DNA of 64,000 nucleotides, from contig CATQHZ020000001.1 in NCBI GenBank assembly GCA_958296135.2, positions 768,001 through 832,000 on the forward strand. Direction: 5' to 3'. Source of the DNA: an uncultured Poribacteria bacterium (GTDB taxonomy: Bacteria > Poribacteria > WGA-4E > WGA-3G). Shown here one piece after another: positions 20,315-30,077 of the stretch; the stretch's first letter is position 1, and each line of letters starts with the position of its first letter. Under the pieces are notes generated by a model. The model searched no databases. It had not been told where the DNA came from and was given only the letters and a program-made list of their open reading frames with translations. The position numbers and the translations under genes are program-made.

Positions 20315-20604
20315 GTTTGTCTCCCTCCGTATATCCGATATCGACGTTGTCGATATCTCGGTTTTTGAATTGGGATTGTTCGGTTTAAATAAAGTTTAAC
20401 GTATTTTTTTTGGAAAGTCAAGGGTTTTTTGACTTAACAACAAAGAATATGGTATAATTAACAAAACGGACGCGGAACTTCCGCGGTAGGCACTGTTTGA
20501 AACCGCGCCTACTGGGCGTGTTGGGTTTTTGCGTGAGCGAAAAACCAGCAGTGCCACGAACTTTTCACACGCTCGGTTGTCACACACTGCAGGAGGAAAG
20601 ATAT

Positions 20605-21462
20605 ATGAAAGGATTCTTGAAAATTGCCACGCTTTTCGGGATTGGAGGTGTGGTATGTCTTTTAATCTTCGCGTTACGCGAACCGCAGGCGCAAGATAAA
20701 CCCACTGGCGATGTCATCGCCACGAAGACTGAACTCAGCTCGGCGAAGCAAAAAGCGTTGAAGGAAGAAGCGGCGAAGCGAAAAGCCGTTGTGCAACAAC
20801 GGGTTGCTCGCGCCCGACAACGGCAAGCCAGCCGCAAAGTGGATTTCGGTGAAAATGCCGCCTTCTACCAGCTGATCATTGACAACAATCTCTTTCGGCC
20901 GCTTGGATGGCAGAAGCAGAATGACGAACCGTCGTATAGTTTGCTCGGCACTGTTGTTGATACCGACACCGCGATAGCGCAGGCGATTCTGCTAGAGAAG
21001 CGATCGAACCGCCATTACTTCGTTACCGTTGGCGAAAAAGTCGGCGATGCAACGGTGAAGGAAATTCAAGCGAAACAGGTTATCTTGGACGAGGCCGGGA
21101 AGGCGATAACGCTGAAGGCGGGTTCGCTACAGTTTCTGACACACCCGCGGGACGGCGGCCGCGGTGCTGAAGCACGCGCCAGCGAAACTGCTAAAGGAAA
21201 CGAAGGCGAGAAAGCCGCGGCGAACGCTAAGAAAGCGACTGCCAACGCTAATCAGCGAGCGAACCGATTTGGTATGGATCCGGAACTTGCCGAAAAGTGG
21301 CGGAACGCCTCACCTGAAAATAGGCGTAAAATCGAGGAATATATGCGAAACCAGCGAAACCAGCGGCGTGAACAGAGAGAAAGCACTCGTAGAGAAAACC
21401 GCGGCGACAGAGGTGGTAGAAGAGCACGAGGCAGCAGAGGCGACAGCAGGAGAGATAGGTAG
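20605..21462 (+). CDS. GspC/type II secretion protein C-like N-anchored protein with charged tail
   Basis: TM anchor, NLFRPLG, LLGTVV...AIL...VGEKVGDATVKEI; SD AGGAGG. Confidence 0.6.
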   Translation: MKGFLKIATLFGIGGVVCLLIFALREPQAQDKPTGDVIATKTELSSAKQKALKEEAAKRKAVVQQRVARARQRQASRKVDFGENAAFYQLIIDNNLFRPLGWQKQNDEPSYSLLGTVVDTDTAIAQAILLEKRSNRHYFVTVGEKVGDATVKEIQAKQVILDEAGKAITLKAGSLQFLTHPRDGGRGAEARASETAKGNEGEKAAANAKKATANANQRANRFGMDPELAEKWRNASPENRRKIEEYMRNQRNQRREQRESTRRENRGDRGGRRARGSRGDSRRDR

Positions 21463-21508
21463 TTACGAAGTTTGCCGGGACGGATACGAAATCCGCCCCG
21501 GCATGCTT

Positions 21509-22327
21509 TTAAGCCGCCTGCCCAACGTTCTCCGGCATGTTTTCCAGCCGCGAAAGCCAGTAACTGACATCAAACGAGTCATCGCCGATGAGGAACCGCC
21601 ACTGCTTGATGCGATTGACAATCTCAAGCCGCACATCGTTCCCATACCATTTGTGATTCCGGCCCAGGACACCGTGGATAGGCGCGGTGTCGATATCGTC
21701 CGTATTCCAGAGGCGGAGTTGGCGCACCGTCGGGTTGAGGCGCAGTTTGAACATATACCGCGTCCGGTCGGTGAGATTCGGCTGCGCGCAGTGCCACATC
21801 CCATGATGCACGACGAGCAGCGTGCCAGCCTCGCAGACCACGGGGAGTTGCCCCAGGAAGTTCTGGTAACGCGCGATGTCTGTCTCGCAGACCCGGCGGT
21901 AGTGGCTTCCCGGTAGAATCATCGTGCCGCCCATCTCGCGCGGCGTGTCGTGCGAGAAGTAGAAGAATTGGATGTCGAAGTGCATCCGCAGGTCGATGAT
22001 GGCATCGGCGTGCCAAATCTGCCCCGTATCGTTCTGCGGCCGCACAATGTGGACAGCATGATGATCGTAGAGGGGTGCCTCACCGACGAGACTGTGGATA
22101 ATGCCTTGCACTTCGGGTGTCCGGAAGACCTTGCCGATGGCGGAGTCATCGTCCCAGACTTCGTCCAGCACCGTTCCGCCGCGTCCGCGCACAATCACGC
22201 CGTTTTCCATTTCGGCGTGTGCGGCTTCGTTCAATTCGCGGGGAATCAATTCGTCAAAGCGAAGGTAGCCATCTGCTACGAAATTCGCCATCTGTTCCGT
22301 TGTGAGCAAATGCTTTTTGTCACTCAT
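21509..22327 (-). CDS. Phytanoyl-CoA dioxygenase (PhyH) family protein
   Basis: EQMANFVADGYL, WHAD, GGTMILPGSH, WH facial triad. Confidence 0.88.
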   Translation of the reverse strand: MSDKKHLLTTEQMANFVADGYLRFDELIPRELNEAAHAEMENGVIVRGRGGTVLDEVWDDDSAIGKVFRTPEVQGIIHSLVGEAPLYDHHAVHIVRPQNDTGQIWHADAIIDLRMHFDIQFFYFSHDTPREMGGTMILPGSHYRRVCETDIARYQNFLGQLPVVCEAGTLLVVHHGMWHCAQPNLTDRTRYMFKLRLNPTVRQLRLWNTDDIDTAPIHGVLGRNHKWYGNDVRLEIVNRIKQWRFLIGDDSFDVSYWLSRLENMPENVGQAA

Positions 22328-22643
22328 CTGTTTCCTCCAAAGCGGCGGAATCGGGACCAGGGGCCCCGCCTACCGGTGCCAGTTTCTCCAGGATGTACTC
22401 AAACCGGAGATATGAGGTATGATACTCCATGCCGGGGTAGGCAGGGAATTGTTGCGGGAACTGAATCACGCGCCACCCGTCTTTCATCGCCTCCAAGACA
22501 GAGGTATAGGGTGGGGTTTCGCTGTCCCCGGTGGTATGTTTGACTGTGCCTGTGCCATCGTAAATTGCCCAGGCGACAACGCTGCTATTGAGGTCTGGTG
22601 TGTGTAGATACAGCACCAGAAGTTTCTGTCTTAATGCAGACAT
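22320..22643 (-). CDS. Hypothetical protein coupled to PhyH
   Basis: Overlaps the PhyH start; protein-like composition (AMKDGWRVIQFP). Confidence 0.7.
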   Translation of the reverse strand: MSALRQKLLVLYLHTPDLNSSVVAWAIYDGTGTVKHTTGDSETPPYTSVLEAMKDGWRVIQFPQQFPAYPGMEYHTSYLRFEYILEKLAPVGGAPGPDSAALEETDE

Positions 22644-22718
22644 AATCGATGTGCACCTTTCTGGAGCAGGTTAGGATGCGCGGTTTGAAACCGTGCATCC
22701 CGGAGTTGCCCTGCTTCG

Positions 22719-22862
22719 CTAGCCTTGCGATAAGTAGCTGACGACAGCGGAAATCACCCCACTTGCTGCGGCGACGAGCGTGCCGACAATTGTCAAGCGA
22801 CGGTTCTCGCGTTTTTCCCGGTCTTCCAATTTGGAGAGGGTGACGCGAAGATCCGCTTTCAT
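22719..22862 (-). CDS. 47 aa small protein (coiled coil plus C-terminal TM)
   Basis: Manual translation MKADLRVTLSKLEDREKRENRRLTIVGTLVAAASGVISAVVSYLSQG; SD GGAGG. Confidence 0.5.
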   Translation of the reverse strand: MKADLRVTLSKLEDREKRENRRLTIVGTLVAAASGVISAVVSYLSQG

Positions 22863-22921
22863 CGCCTGGACCTCCGCTCTGTCATTGATTCTCCTTTATT
22901 GGATTGGGTTCCGAGTTTGCT

Positions 22922-23719
22922 TTACCTTTGTGGCATCACTTGTGCCCGGAGCCGGCTCCACGTTGTGACGAGTTTCCCACGCGGCTGCACATCTAACGCT
23001 ACCGAGATGCCATCCTCCATTAATTCGTTGATTTCCTTTTCGCTGAGGGCTCTATCGTAAAGGACAACTTCATCAATGGTGCCGGTCATCCAATAGCCGC
23101 CGATATCGCATCCGCCGATAAAGAAGACGTTATCGTGGGTATCGGGTTTGGTTCCGGGTGATACTTCGGCATCAACTTCGCCATCAAGGTAGAGTTTGAA
23201 GTCAGAACCGTCGTAAGTTCCGGCGACGTGATGCCACTCTCCATCCGTGATAGCGGTTTTCGCGTCAAACGATTTCCACCCTGCATTCGTCGTGAAGGAG
23301 TAGTGGACGACACCGCTGTTGATATTGCCGAACAGTCCGTAGTTTCGGCCGGTGGGGTTGCGATTCTCTTTGGAGGCGATGATCTGCCATTTCCCGGAAA
23401 TTTTGGGGACGTTGACATAGGCGGCGAGCGTAAAAGTCTCCAAGTCAAGCGCGTCGTCATCGGCGACTGTCACCATGTCGCTACCGCCAAACTCCATCGC
23501 GCCGCTGAACTTGCCTTTGACCCATTTCGGTTTCCCTTGCGCGATTTCGCCATCCAAGCCGTTATCAGATGCATCGGTGACTGCGTTTCCTTTTCCTTCG
23601 TCAAGCAGCCACGCGCCGACGAGCCCATCTGTGTCCAATGCCATGAGGGATGGCGTTATCGCAAACAGGCTCAGCATAAGAAGCGTTAGCATTTTGTTCA
23701 TGAGAATTCTCCTTTTCAA
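22922..23719 (-). CDS. Secreted LamG/concanavalin A-like protein
   Basis: LVGAWLLDEGKG, WHHVAGTYDG..LYLDG, GTIDEVVLYDRALS; tail DVQPRGKLVTTW. Confidence 0.9.
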   Translation of the reverse strand: MKRRILMNKMLTLLMLSLFAITPSLMALDTDGLVGAWLLDEGKGNAVTDASDNGLDGEIAQGKPKWVKGKFSGAMEFGGSDMVTVADDDALDLETFTLAAYVNVPKISGKWQIIASKENRNPTGRNYGLFGNINSGVVHYSFTTNAGWKSFDAKTAITDGEWHHVAGTYDGSDFKLYLDGEVDAEVSPGTKPDTHDNVFFIGGCDIGGYWMTGTIDEVVLYDRALSEKEINELMEDGISVALDVQPRGKLVTTWSRLRAQVMPQR

Positions 23720-23832
23720 ACGGGCATGGCGAGGGGAACCCTCGGCGATTCGTGCACGCCGGGCCCTCGCCCTACGATAATAAAGAGCCTGGCGTGGGAC
23801 AGACCCTCGCGCTACGGGCTCATCGCTAGAAA

Positions 23833-25209
23833 TTAGACCTCGGTGCCGGACAGAATCGTCGCGTCTTTTGGGACGATGACAATGCCGTCGCGAATGTAGA
23901 AGTTATCGCCATCGTAATTATCGATGCCATCGCGGTTGACAATCACCGAATTATCGCCGATACGCGCATTTTTGTCAATGATCGCGTTCTGAATCAGGCA
24001 GTTTTTCCCGATACCGACGTTGGGAATGCCTGCTTGTGCGTTTTCCGATTTCTGTGCGTCCGATTCGTAGTAGTCCGCGCCCATCAGCACCGATTGATAA
24101 ATGCGGCTGCCGTTGGAGATGATGCTCCGAATTCCGACAATCGTCCTATCCAATTCCGAATCGTCAATAATAGAGCCCTCGGCGAGGATGGAAGAACGGA
24201 TGCTGCTGCTATTCACCTTTGTGCTTGGCAGATGGCGGCGATTGGTATAGATAGGTGCCAGTTCATCGTAAAAATTGAACGCCGGGACTGCATCCGTGAG
24301 CGCGATGTTCGCCAAATAGAAGGAGCGGATGGTGCCGATATCCTCCCAATAGCCGTCAAAGAAGTAGGCGGAGACCCGGCGCGTCGTGATGGCTTTCGGA
24401 ATAATGTCCCTGCCGAAGTCCACGTTCGATTCATCTTGGAGGATTTCTTGCAACACCGCGCGGTTGAAAATATAGATGCCCATGGAGGCGATGTATTCTC
24501 TACCGTGCGGTTCAATGCCGCGTGAGGTAAAGACATCGGGTTCGACACGAAGTTGATGGAGTTCCGCCGCTGTCTGCGGTTTCTCAACAAAATCAACGAT
24601 GCGTCCATTGGCATCGGCTTGAAGGATGCCGAGTCCACTCGTCACCTCCTCGCGAACCGGAATCACAGAGACGGTGATGTCGGCGTTCGTCTCGGTGTGC
24701 ACCTGTAGCATTTTGCGATAATCCATCCGGTAGAGATGGTCGCCGGCGAGGATGAGGACGTGGGCATCTGGGAATCGCGGGTTTAAGATATACGGTTGAT
24801 TGTGCTTGACAGCATCGGCTGTTCCCTGATACCACTCTTCGCCCATCAACGTCTGTTGCGCCGCCAGAATCTGCACGAACCCGCGACGATAAGTATCAAA
24901 CCGATAAGTTCGCGCGATGTGCCGGTTCAACGAGACTGAGTTGAACTGCGTTAAGATATAGATGCGTTCGAGTCCGGAATGAAAGCAGTTGCTAATCGGG
25001 ATGTCAACGAGCCGAAATTTTCCGGCGATGGGGACGCTTGGTTTGGCGCGGTCGCGTGTCAATGGAAACAGGCGTGTGCCGCGCCCACCGCCAAGGATAA
25101 CTGCAATAACGTTTTCTGTCGTTCTCAATGTGTTTGATAAGGATTTCTGGTGCAATTGTGTTTCTCTCCGTAGTTCCGCAACGGCTGGCACGTGTGCCAG
25201 CCGTTGCAT
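23833..25209 (-). CDS. glgC: Glucose-1-phosphate adenylyltransferase
   Basis: ILGGGRGTRLFPLT..RAKP, WYQGTADAV, FVEKP, GYWEDIGT; start uncertain (the ORF-track extension overlaps hisB). Confidence 0.95.
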   Translation of the reverse strand: MQRLAHVPAVAELRRETQLHQKSLSNTLRTTENVIAVILGGGRGTRLFPLTRDRAKPSVPIAGKFRLVDIPISNCFHSGLERIYILTQFNSVSLNRHIARTYRFDTYRRGFVQILAAQQTLMGEEWYQGTADAVKHNQPYILNPRFPDAHVLILAGDHLYRMDYRKMLQVHTETNADITVSVIPVREEVTSGLGILQADANGRIVDFVEKPQTAAELHQLRVEPDVFTSRGIEPHGREYIASMGIYIFNRAVLQEILQDESNVDFGRDIIPKAITTRRVSAYFFDGYWEDIGTIRSFYLANIALTDAVPAFNFYDELAPIYTNRRHLPSTKVNSSSIRSSILAEGSIIDDSELDRTIVGIRSIISNGSRIYQSVLMGADYYESDAQKSENAQAGIPNVGIGKNCLIQNAIIDKNARIGDNSVIVNRDGIDNYDGDNFYIRDGIVIVPKDATILSGTEV

Positions 25210-25243
25210 CGTTGTTGCATGCTTGTTTCTTGTCGTAAATGGG

Positions 25244-25849
25244 CTATAGACTCCCTTTCGTGGAAAGCACTCCCGTGATGCGTTCGTCAAGGCGCGTTGC
25301 GATATCCAACGCCTTCGCGACCGCCTTGAAAATCGCTTCAATGATGTGGTGCCGATTTGTGCCGTAGGGGACATTGATGTGCAAAGTTGTCCCGCTATGG
25401 TTGACAAATCCGTGAAAAAATTCCTCTGCGAGTTCGATGTCAAAATCGCCGACTTTTCCGTATTCAAGCGGCGTATCGTAGTGTAAGAAAGCGCGCCCAC
25501 ATACGTCCAGATCGACTTTGGCGAGTGCCTCATACATAGGCACCGTGAAACTGCCGAACCGCCGCATCCCCGATTTATCTCCGACTGCTTCGTGGAGTGC
25601 CATGCCCAAACAGATGCCGACATCCTCGGTTGTGTGGTGTGTATCGACGTGTAAATCGCCGGTTGCTTCAACCTCGAGGTCAAAAAATCCGTGTTTGGCG
25701 AAGAGTTCCAGCATGTGGTCCAGGAATCCCACGCCGGTGTTGATGTCAGATGTCCCTGTTCCGTCAAGCGTAAGGCGGAGTCGGATGCGCGTTTCCGCCG
25801 TTTCCCGCGCGATTTCTGCTTGTCGGAAAGTTTTCGTTATTTTATCCAT
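25244..25849 (-). CDS. hisB: Imidazoleglycerol-phosphate dehydratase
   Basis: GFLDHML, DTHHTTEDVGI, NRHHIIEAIFKA, STKGSL. Confidence 0.97.
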   Translation of the reverse strand: MDKITKTFRQAEIARETAETRIRLRLTLDGTGTSDINTGVGFLDHMLELFAKHGFFDLEVEATGDLHVDTHHTTEDVGICLGMALHEAVGDKSGMRRFGSFTVPMYEALAKVDLDVCGRAFLHYDTPLEYGKVGDFDIELAEEFFHGFVNHSGTTLHINVPYGTNRHHIIEAIFKAVAKALDIATRLDERITGVLSTKGSL

Positions 25850-26007
25850 AATACCAGATTAACCTTCGTAAGTCAAGTTTGAGCGATGAACGCCGCTAAG
25901 TGTCTGTCCTTCGCCAGGCTCTTCATTACCGTAGGGCGAGGGAAACCTGTCCCTCGCCGTGCATCGAGCTGCTCCGAAAAATCGGAACCTCGGCAATCGC
26001 CTAGGTA

Positions 26008-28581
26008 TCACGCCCACGCCACCAACCCGAGTTCATACGGCGATTGCAAATCCTCATGATACGGGAGGACACGCAGCGTGTAGCCGTGCAACCCGGTCTG
26101 TTGCAAGGCGAGCGTTCCCTCAAAAAGATAGGCTCCGCCGCCGATTCTGTCACGGTATTCCATCGTGCTGACGTTGCCGTTGCGAATTTCACCGGCCTCG
26201 TCAAGCACGCCGTGGTAAATTTGGACGTTCAGTTCGTGTGGCGACAGGGTGTCTGTGTGTACAACTGCCTCCACTTGCACGGATTCGCCCACGCCGAATT
26301 CTCCGTTTTGCCTTCCGCGTCCTGCTGTTGCCTGCACTGCCGCTCTTTCTTCAATTCGCAGTGCACGCCAGTGGTTCCGGATGTGGGATTTCCAATGTGC
26401 GAGCGCGACGCTGCGTTGCGCTGCGTCCTGATTGAGGTGCTGCCATCGTCGGTGCGCGGGAAAATAGAGCTGCTCCGCATATTCCGAGACCATCCGTTTT
26501 GTGTTGAAAACGGGGGCAAGGTGCTGCATTGCCTCCTTCATCCGTTTTACCCATTGGTAGGGGATGTCGTCAATGGGGTGCCGTTCATAAAAGAGTGGGA
26601 CAATCTCCTTCTCAAGCAGCTCATATATCGCGTTTGCGTGTGCCTTGTCAACGGAGCTCGGGTCTTCCGCGACGGGGCTCGGTTCGATTGTCCAGCCGCC
26701 GCCCAGATAATCGGCTTCCGCCCACCAACCATCGGCAATGCTGAGATTCAGGACACCGTTTGCGGCCGCTTTCATCCCACTCGTCCCGCTTGCTTCATTC
26801 GGCGGTAACGGGTTGTTGAGCCAGATGTCAACGCCTTCAACCAGATAACGGCCGACACAAATGTCGTAGTTCTCAATGAAGACGATTTTGTGGTGGAACC
26901 TTGGTTCGGCTGCGATGCGGGAGATGCGTTGGATGAGCAGTTTGCCTTCGTAGTCGTGCGGATGCGCCTTTCCTGCGAAGATAAGCTGCACGGGCCGCTC
27001 CGGATTGTTGAGGATTTTATCTAGCCTGTCGACATCTTGGAACAGCAGTGTTGCCCGTTTATACGTGGCGAATCGGCGGGCGAACCCGATAGTCAACGCC
27101 GCCGAGTTGAGGATTTTCTCGGCGGCGATAGAAAAGGAGGCTGCCGTTCTCGTCTGCCGCCGTCGTGCGAAGGCGATGAGGCGTTCGCGGCGGCGTTCGT
27201 GCGTCCGCCAGAGTTCCGTATCCGGAATCTGCGAGATTTGTGTCCAAACTGCTTGGTTCGTCAGGTCGACTATCCAGCGCGGGCCGAGGTATCTATCGAA
27301 CAGACTCTGCATATCGCCGGAGACCCAGGAGCGGGTGTGGATGCCGTTTGTAATCGCGCCGATCGGCACTTCATGCACGGGGAGTCCGGGCCAGAGCCCT
27401 TTCCACATCTCGCGCGCGACGTGTCCATGCAGTTGGCTCACGCCGTTGCACATTGCGGAGAGCCGCAGTGCGAGCAGCGCGGGACTAAAATCGCTGCTGG
27501 TATCAGATGGATCCGCCCTGCCTAAGCCGAGGAACGTTTCCTCTGAAACGCCGAGCGCGCCGTAATATCCACCGAAATAGTAGTTCACCAGATTTGGCGG
27601 AAACCAATCGATGCCGGCTGGTACCGGCGTATGCGTAGTGAAGATATTGCCGGCCCGAGTTGCTTCGCACGCATCCTGAAAATTGACGCCGGTTTCCTGC
27701 ATCAATTGCAGGATGCGTTCAATGGCGAGAAACGCCGCGTGTCCCTCATTCATGTGGCAGACGGTTGGACGAATGCCGAGCGCGGTGAGGGCCCGGTAGC
27801 CGCCGATGCCGAGCAGAATCTCCTGTTTGATGCGCATCCGTTCATCGCCGCCGTAGAGATAATCGGTGATGTTGCGCAGTTCATCGTTCTGGTTTTCGGC
27901 GATGTTGGTATCGAGCAGGTATAAGGGGACGCGCCCGACTTGGGCACGCCACACCTTCGCGTACGCCCTTCCCTCCGGATAGTCAACTTTGACTAACAGC
28001 GGGTTTCCATCTGCCCCGTGCGCGGGCTGGATAGGCATATTGTAGAAGTCATTCGTCGGGTAATCTGCCATTTGCCAGCCATCTGCGGTGAGCCGCTGTC
28101 GGAAATAGCCGTGCTGATAGAGCAACCCCACCGCGACGAAGGGTAGCCCTAAATAACTGGTTGATTTGAGATAGTCTCCTGCGAGAACCCCCAGGCCGCC
28201 GGAGTAGAGCCGCATGCACTCTGTCAGCCCATATTCCATTGAGAAGTAAGCGATTTTCAAATCGGTGAGCGACTCATCGGCGGCGGCGGTTTCAAACCAC
28301 GACGGTGTGGTGAGATACGCTTTAAATTTTTTGTGGATTACGTCGAGGCGCGCGAGGAATGCCTCGTTTTTGGCGGCAGCGTCTAGCTGCGCTTGGGACA
28401 TCTGTCCGAGCATCGCGACTGGATTGTGGTAGGTTTCCTCCCACAACGCCGCATCGAGGTGGCGAAAGAGCGTCAGTGCTTCCTGGTCCCATGTCCACCA
28501 CAGGTTTTCGGCGAGTTCGCGCAGCGGTTTGAGTTTCTGTGGTAACGCCGGCACCACGGTTAATTGGTGAAGTGGCTTCAT
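26008..28581 (-). CDS. glgP: Alpha-glucan (glycogen) phosphorylase
   Basis: YFSMEYG..YSGGLG, HMNEGH, GFARRFATYKRA, EASGTSGMKAAANG. Confidence 0.96.
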   Translation of the reverse strand: MKPLHQLTVVPALPQKLKPLRELAENLWWTWDQEALTLFRHLDAALWEETYHNPVAMLGQMSQAQLDAAAKNEAFLARLDVIHKKFKAYLTTPSWFETAAADESLTDLKIAYFSMEYGLTECMRLYSGGLGVLAGDYLKSTSYLGLPFVAVGLLYQHGYFRQRLTADGWQMADYPTNDFYNMPIQPAHGADGNPLLVKVDYPEGRAYAKVWRAQVGRVPLYLLDTNIAENQNDELRNITDYLYGGDERMRIKQEILLGIGGYRALTALGIRPTVCHMNEGHAAFLAIERILQLMQETGVNFQDACEATRAGNIFTTHTPVPAGIDWFPPNLVNYYFGGYYGALGVSEETFLGLGRADPSDTSSDFSPALLALRLSAMCNGVSQLHGHVAREMWKGLWPGLPVHEVPIGAITNGIHTRSWVSGDMQSLFDRYLGPRWIVDLTNQAVWTQISQIPDTELWRTHERRRERLIAFARRRQTRTAASFSIAAEKILNSAALTIGFARRFATYKRATLLFQDVDRLDKILNNPERPVQLIFAGKAHPHDYEGKLLIQRISRIAAEPRFHHKIVFIENYDICVGRYLVEGVDIWLNNPLPPNEASGTSGMKAAANGVLNLSIADGWWAEADYLGGGWTIEPSPVAEDPSSVDKAHANAIYELLEKEIVPLFYERHPIDDIPYQWVKRMKEAMQHLAPVFNTKRMVSEYAEQLYFPAHRRWQHLNQDAAQRSVALAHWKSHIRNHWRALRIEERAAVQATAGRGRQNGEFGVGESVQVEAVVHTDTLSPHELNVQIYHGVLDEAGEIRNGNVSTMEYRDRIGGGAYLFEGTLALQQTGLHGYTLRVLPYHEDLQSPYELGLVAWA

Positions 28582-28640
28582 TGAATGCGTTTCTCCTTCC
28601 TGCGCGCTTTGAAAGCGCGCCTACCAGGGTTAAAGCGCGC

Positions 28641-28865
28641 CTACCGAGCATTGTCGTCGGTTGCTGGTGTTCTAAGCGTGAGGTAGGTCCCGCGGTTCCG
28701 TTTCTCAAACGCTAAATTCTCCTCTCGTGCGAGCCATCCGATGCCCATCAGCGTCATCCGTTCCTTTCCATCAATGTCACGGATGAGTTTGCTGACAGTG
28801 ACTTCGCCATTTTCCTCTAAATAGTGCCAGATTTCGCCGGCGACTTTTCCAATATCGTCTTGCAT
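28641..28865 (-). CDS. Small winged-helix protein (DUF2582-like)
   Basis: IGKVAGEIWHYL...GIGWLAREE; SD GAGGAG. Confidence 0.85.
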   Translation of the reverse strand: MQDDIGKVAGEIWHYLEENGEVTVSKLIRDIDGKERMTLMGIGWLAREENLAFEKRNRGTYLTLRTPATDDNAR

Positions 28866-29044
28866 TATTTCTCCTCCCTGGGCCCTGCGCCGAATAAACC
28901 CCGTGGGCGCGCAGGCTTGGGTGTGTTAGGATTTTTGTGTAAGTCCTGCTCGTAAACGGTTAGCGTTTCACAAAAAGGTTGTGCACCACGCGCGGGCGGA
29001 AACCATAGAAATCCGCCCATACAGTCATGTTAGGTGCGCGAAGA

Positions 29045-29060
29045 AGCATCGCGCAAGCCA
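29045..29060 (-). promoter_or_regulatory. Possible sigma54 promoter upstream of the wHTH-glgP unit
   Basis: TGGCTT-gcgcg-ATGCT gives GG-N10-GC spacing; imperfect consensus. Confidence 0.3.
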
Positions 29061-29292
29061 TTGTATATATTATAGTCTGATTTTGTGCGAATGTCAAGGA
29101 TAAAGGACCGGGCTCCATGACGATTTATTTTTCGGTTTTTGATGTTGCCTGTGAAAAGCCTCAACGGCCCCCGGCGAGCCCGAGCTACAGATATTGGGAC
29201 AACTAAATGTTTCTGGTGCCGTGCAGAAACGCGCTTGCTTTTTCAGTGAAAATCTGCTAAAATCAATGTGAATCCAAAACAGAGGTGCAAAA

Positions 29293-30030
29293 ATGCATTT
29301 CAGAGATTTCGGCATGCTATTCACGCTGTTAGCATTCTGCATAGGGGCCGCGCTGTCCGCACCGGCGGAACTGTTGTTCCACGACGATTTTGAAAAAGAT
29401 GCAATCGGGCAGGAGCCTGCAAAGTGGGAAGTCGGGCACGACGGCAGCACTACCGCGAAAGTCGTCGCAGACCCGAGAGATGCTAGTAACAAGGTGCTTT
29501 TGACTGCCGATAAGGCATCCAACCAATCGCGTCACGATGTCGGCGGCTCCATTTATGTCGTCGGCGAGGCGAATTGGGACGATTACGTCGCCGAGTGGGA
29601 CATGATGTTCCCCGATGACTTTTACATGGGCGTTGTCTTCCGCTTTCAGGATGGCGAGAAGTTCTACCTGAGCGACCGGCGGCAAGGCGGCAGAGATTAC
29701 CACTTCTATAAACGGCAAGGCGGTTGGGCGCAAGTCCAAGCGGGGATGGTGGAAAACGAGCCGGAGGTGTGGTATCGCGCGCAACTCACGCTGGCCGGCG
29801 ATGAATTCACTTTCAAACTAAAAGCGCGGAAGGACAAAACGCCGTTTGACAAGCTCGATCCGGCCACGGAAGGTTCGGACGCAACCTTCAAAACGGGCAA
29901 ATTCGGCAATTATGGCCTCGTCTATATTGATAACCTTTTCATCGGTGATGCGGTGGAAGACCTGGTTTTGCCGGTAGAAGCACGGGACAAGTTAAGCGTA
30001 ACATGGGGCGCGATGAAAGGGCGGTATTAG
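29293..30030 (+). CDS. Secreted concanavalin-like (DUF1080-type) protein
   Basis: Signal peptide, FHDDFE, GVVFRFQD, tail PVEARDKLSVTWGAMK. Confidence 0.7.
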   Translation: MHFRDFGMLFTLLAFCIGAALSAPAELLFHDDFEKDAIGQEPAKWEVGHDGSTTAKVVADPRDASNKVLLTADKASNQSRHDVGGSIYVVGEANWDDYVAEWDMMFPDDFYMGVVFRFQDGEKFYLSDRRQGGRDYHFYKRQGGWAQVQAGMVENEPEVWYRAQLTLAGDEFTFKLKARKDKTPFDKLDPATEGSDATFKTGKFGNYGLVYIDNLFIGDAVEDLVLPVEARDKLSVTWGAMKGRY

Positions 30031-30077
30031 GGCGGATTTCCGTGTCCGCCCTTGCAATCTGAAGGAAACAGAAGATC

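Noticed and set aside
25210-25767. N-terminal extension of GlgC in the ORF track
   Set aside because: Overlaps hisB in another frame and is not protein-like
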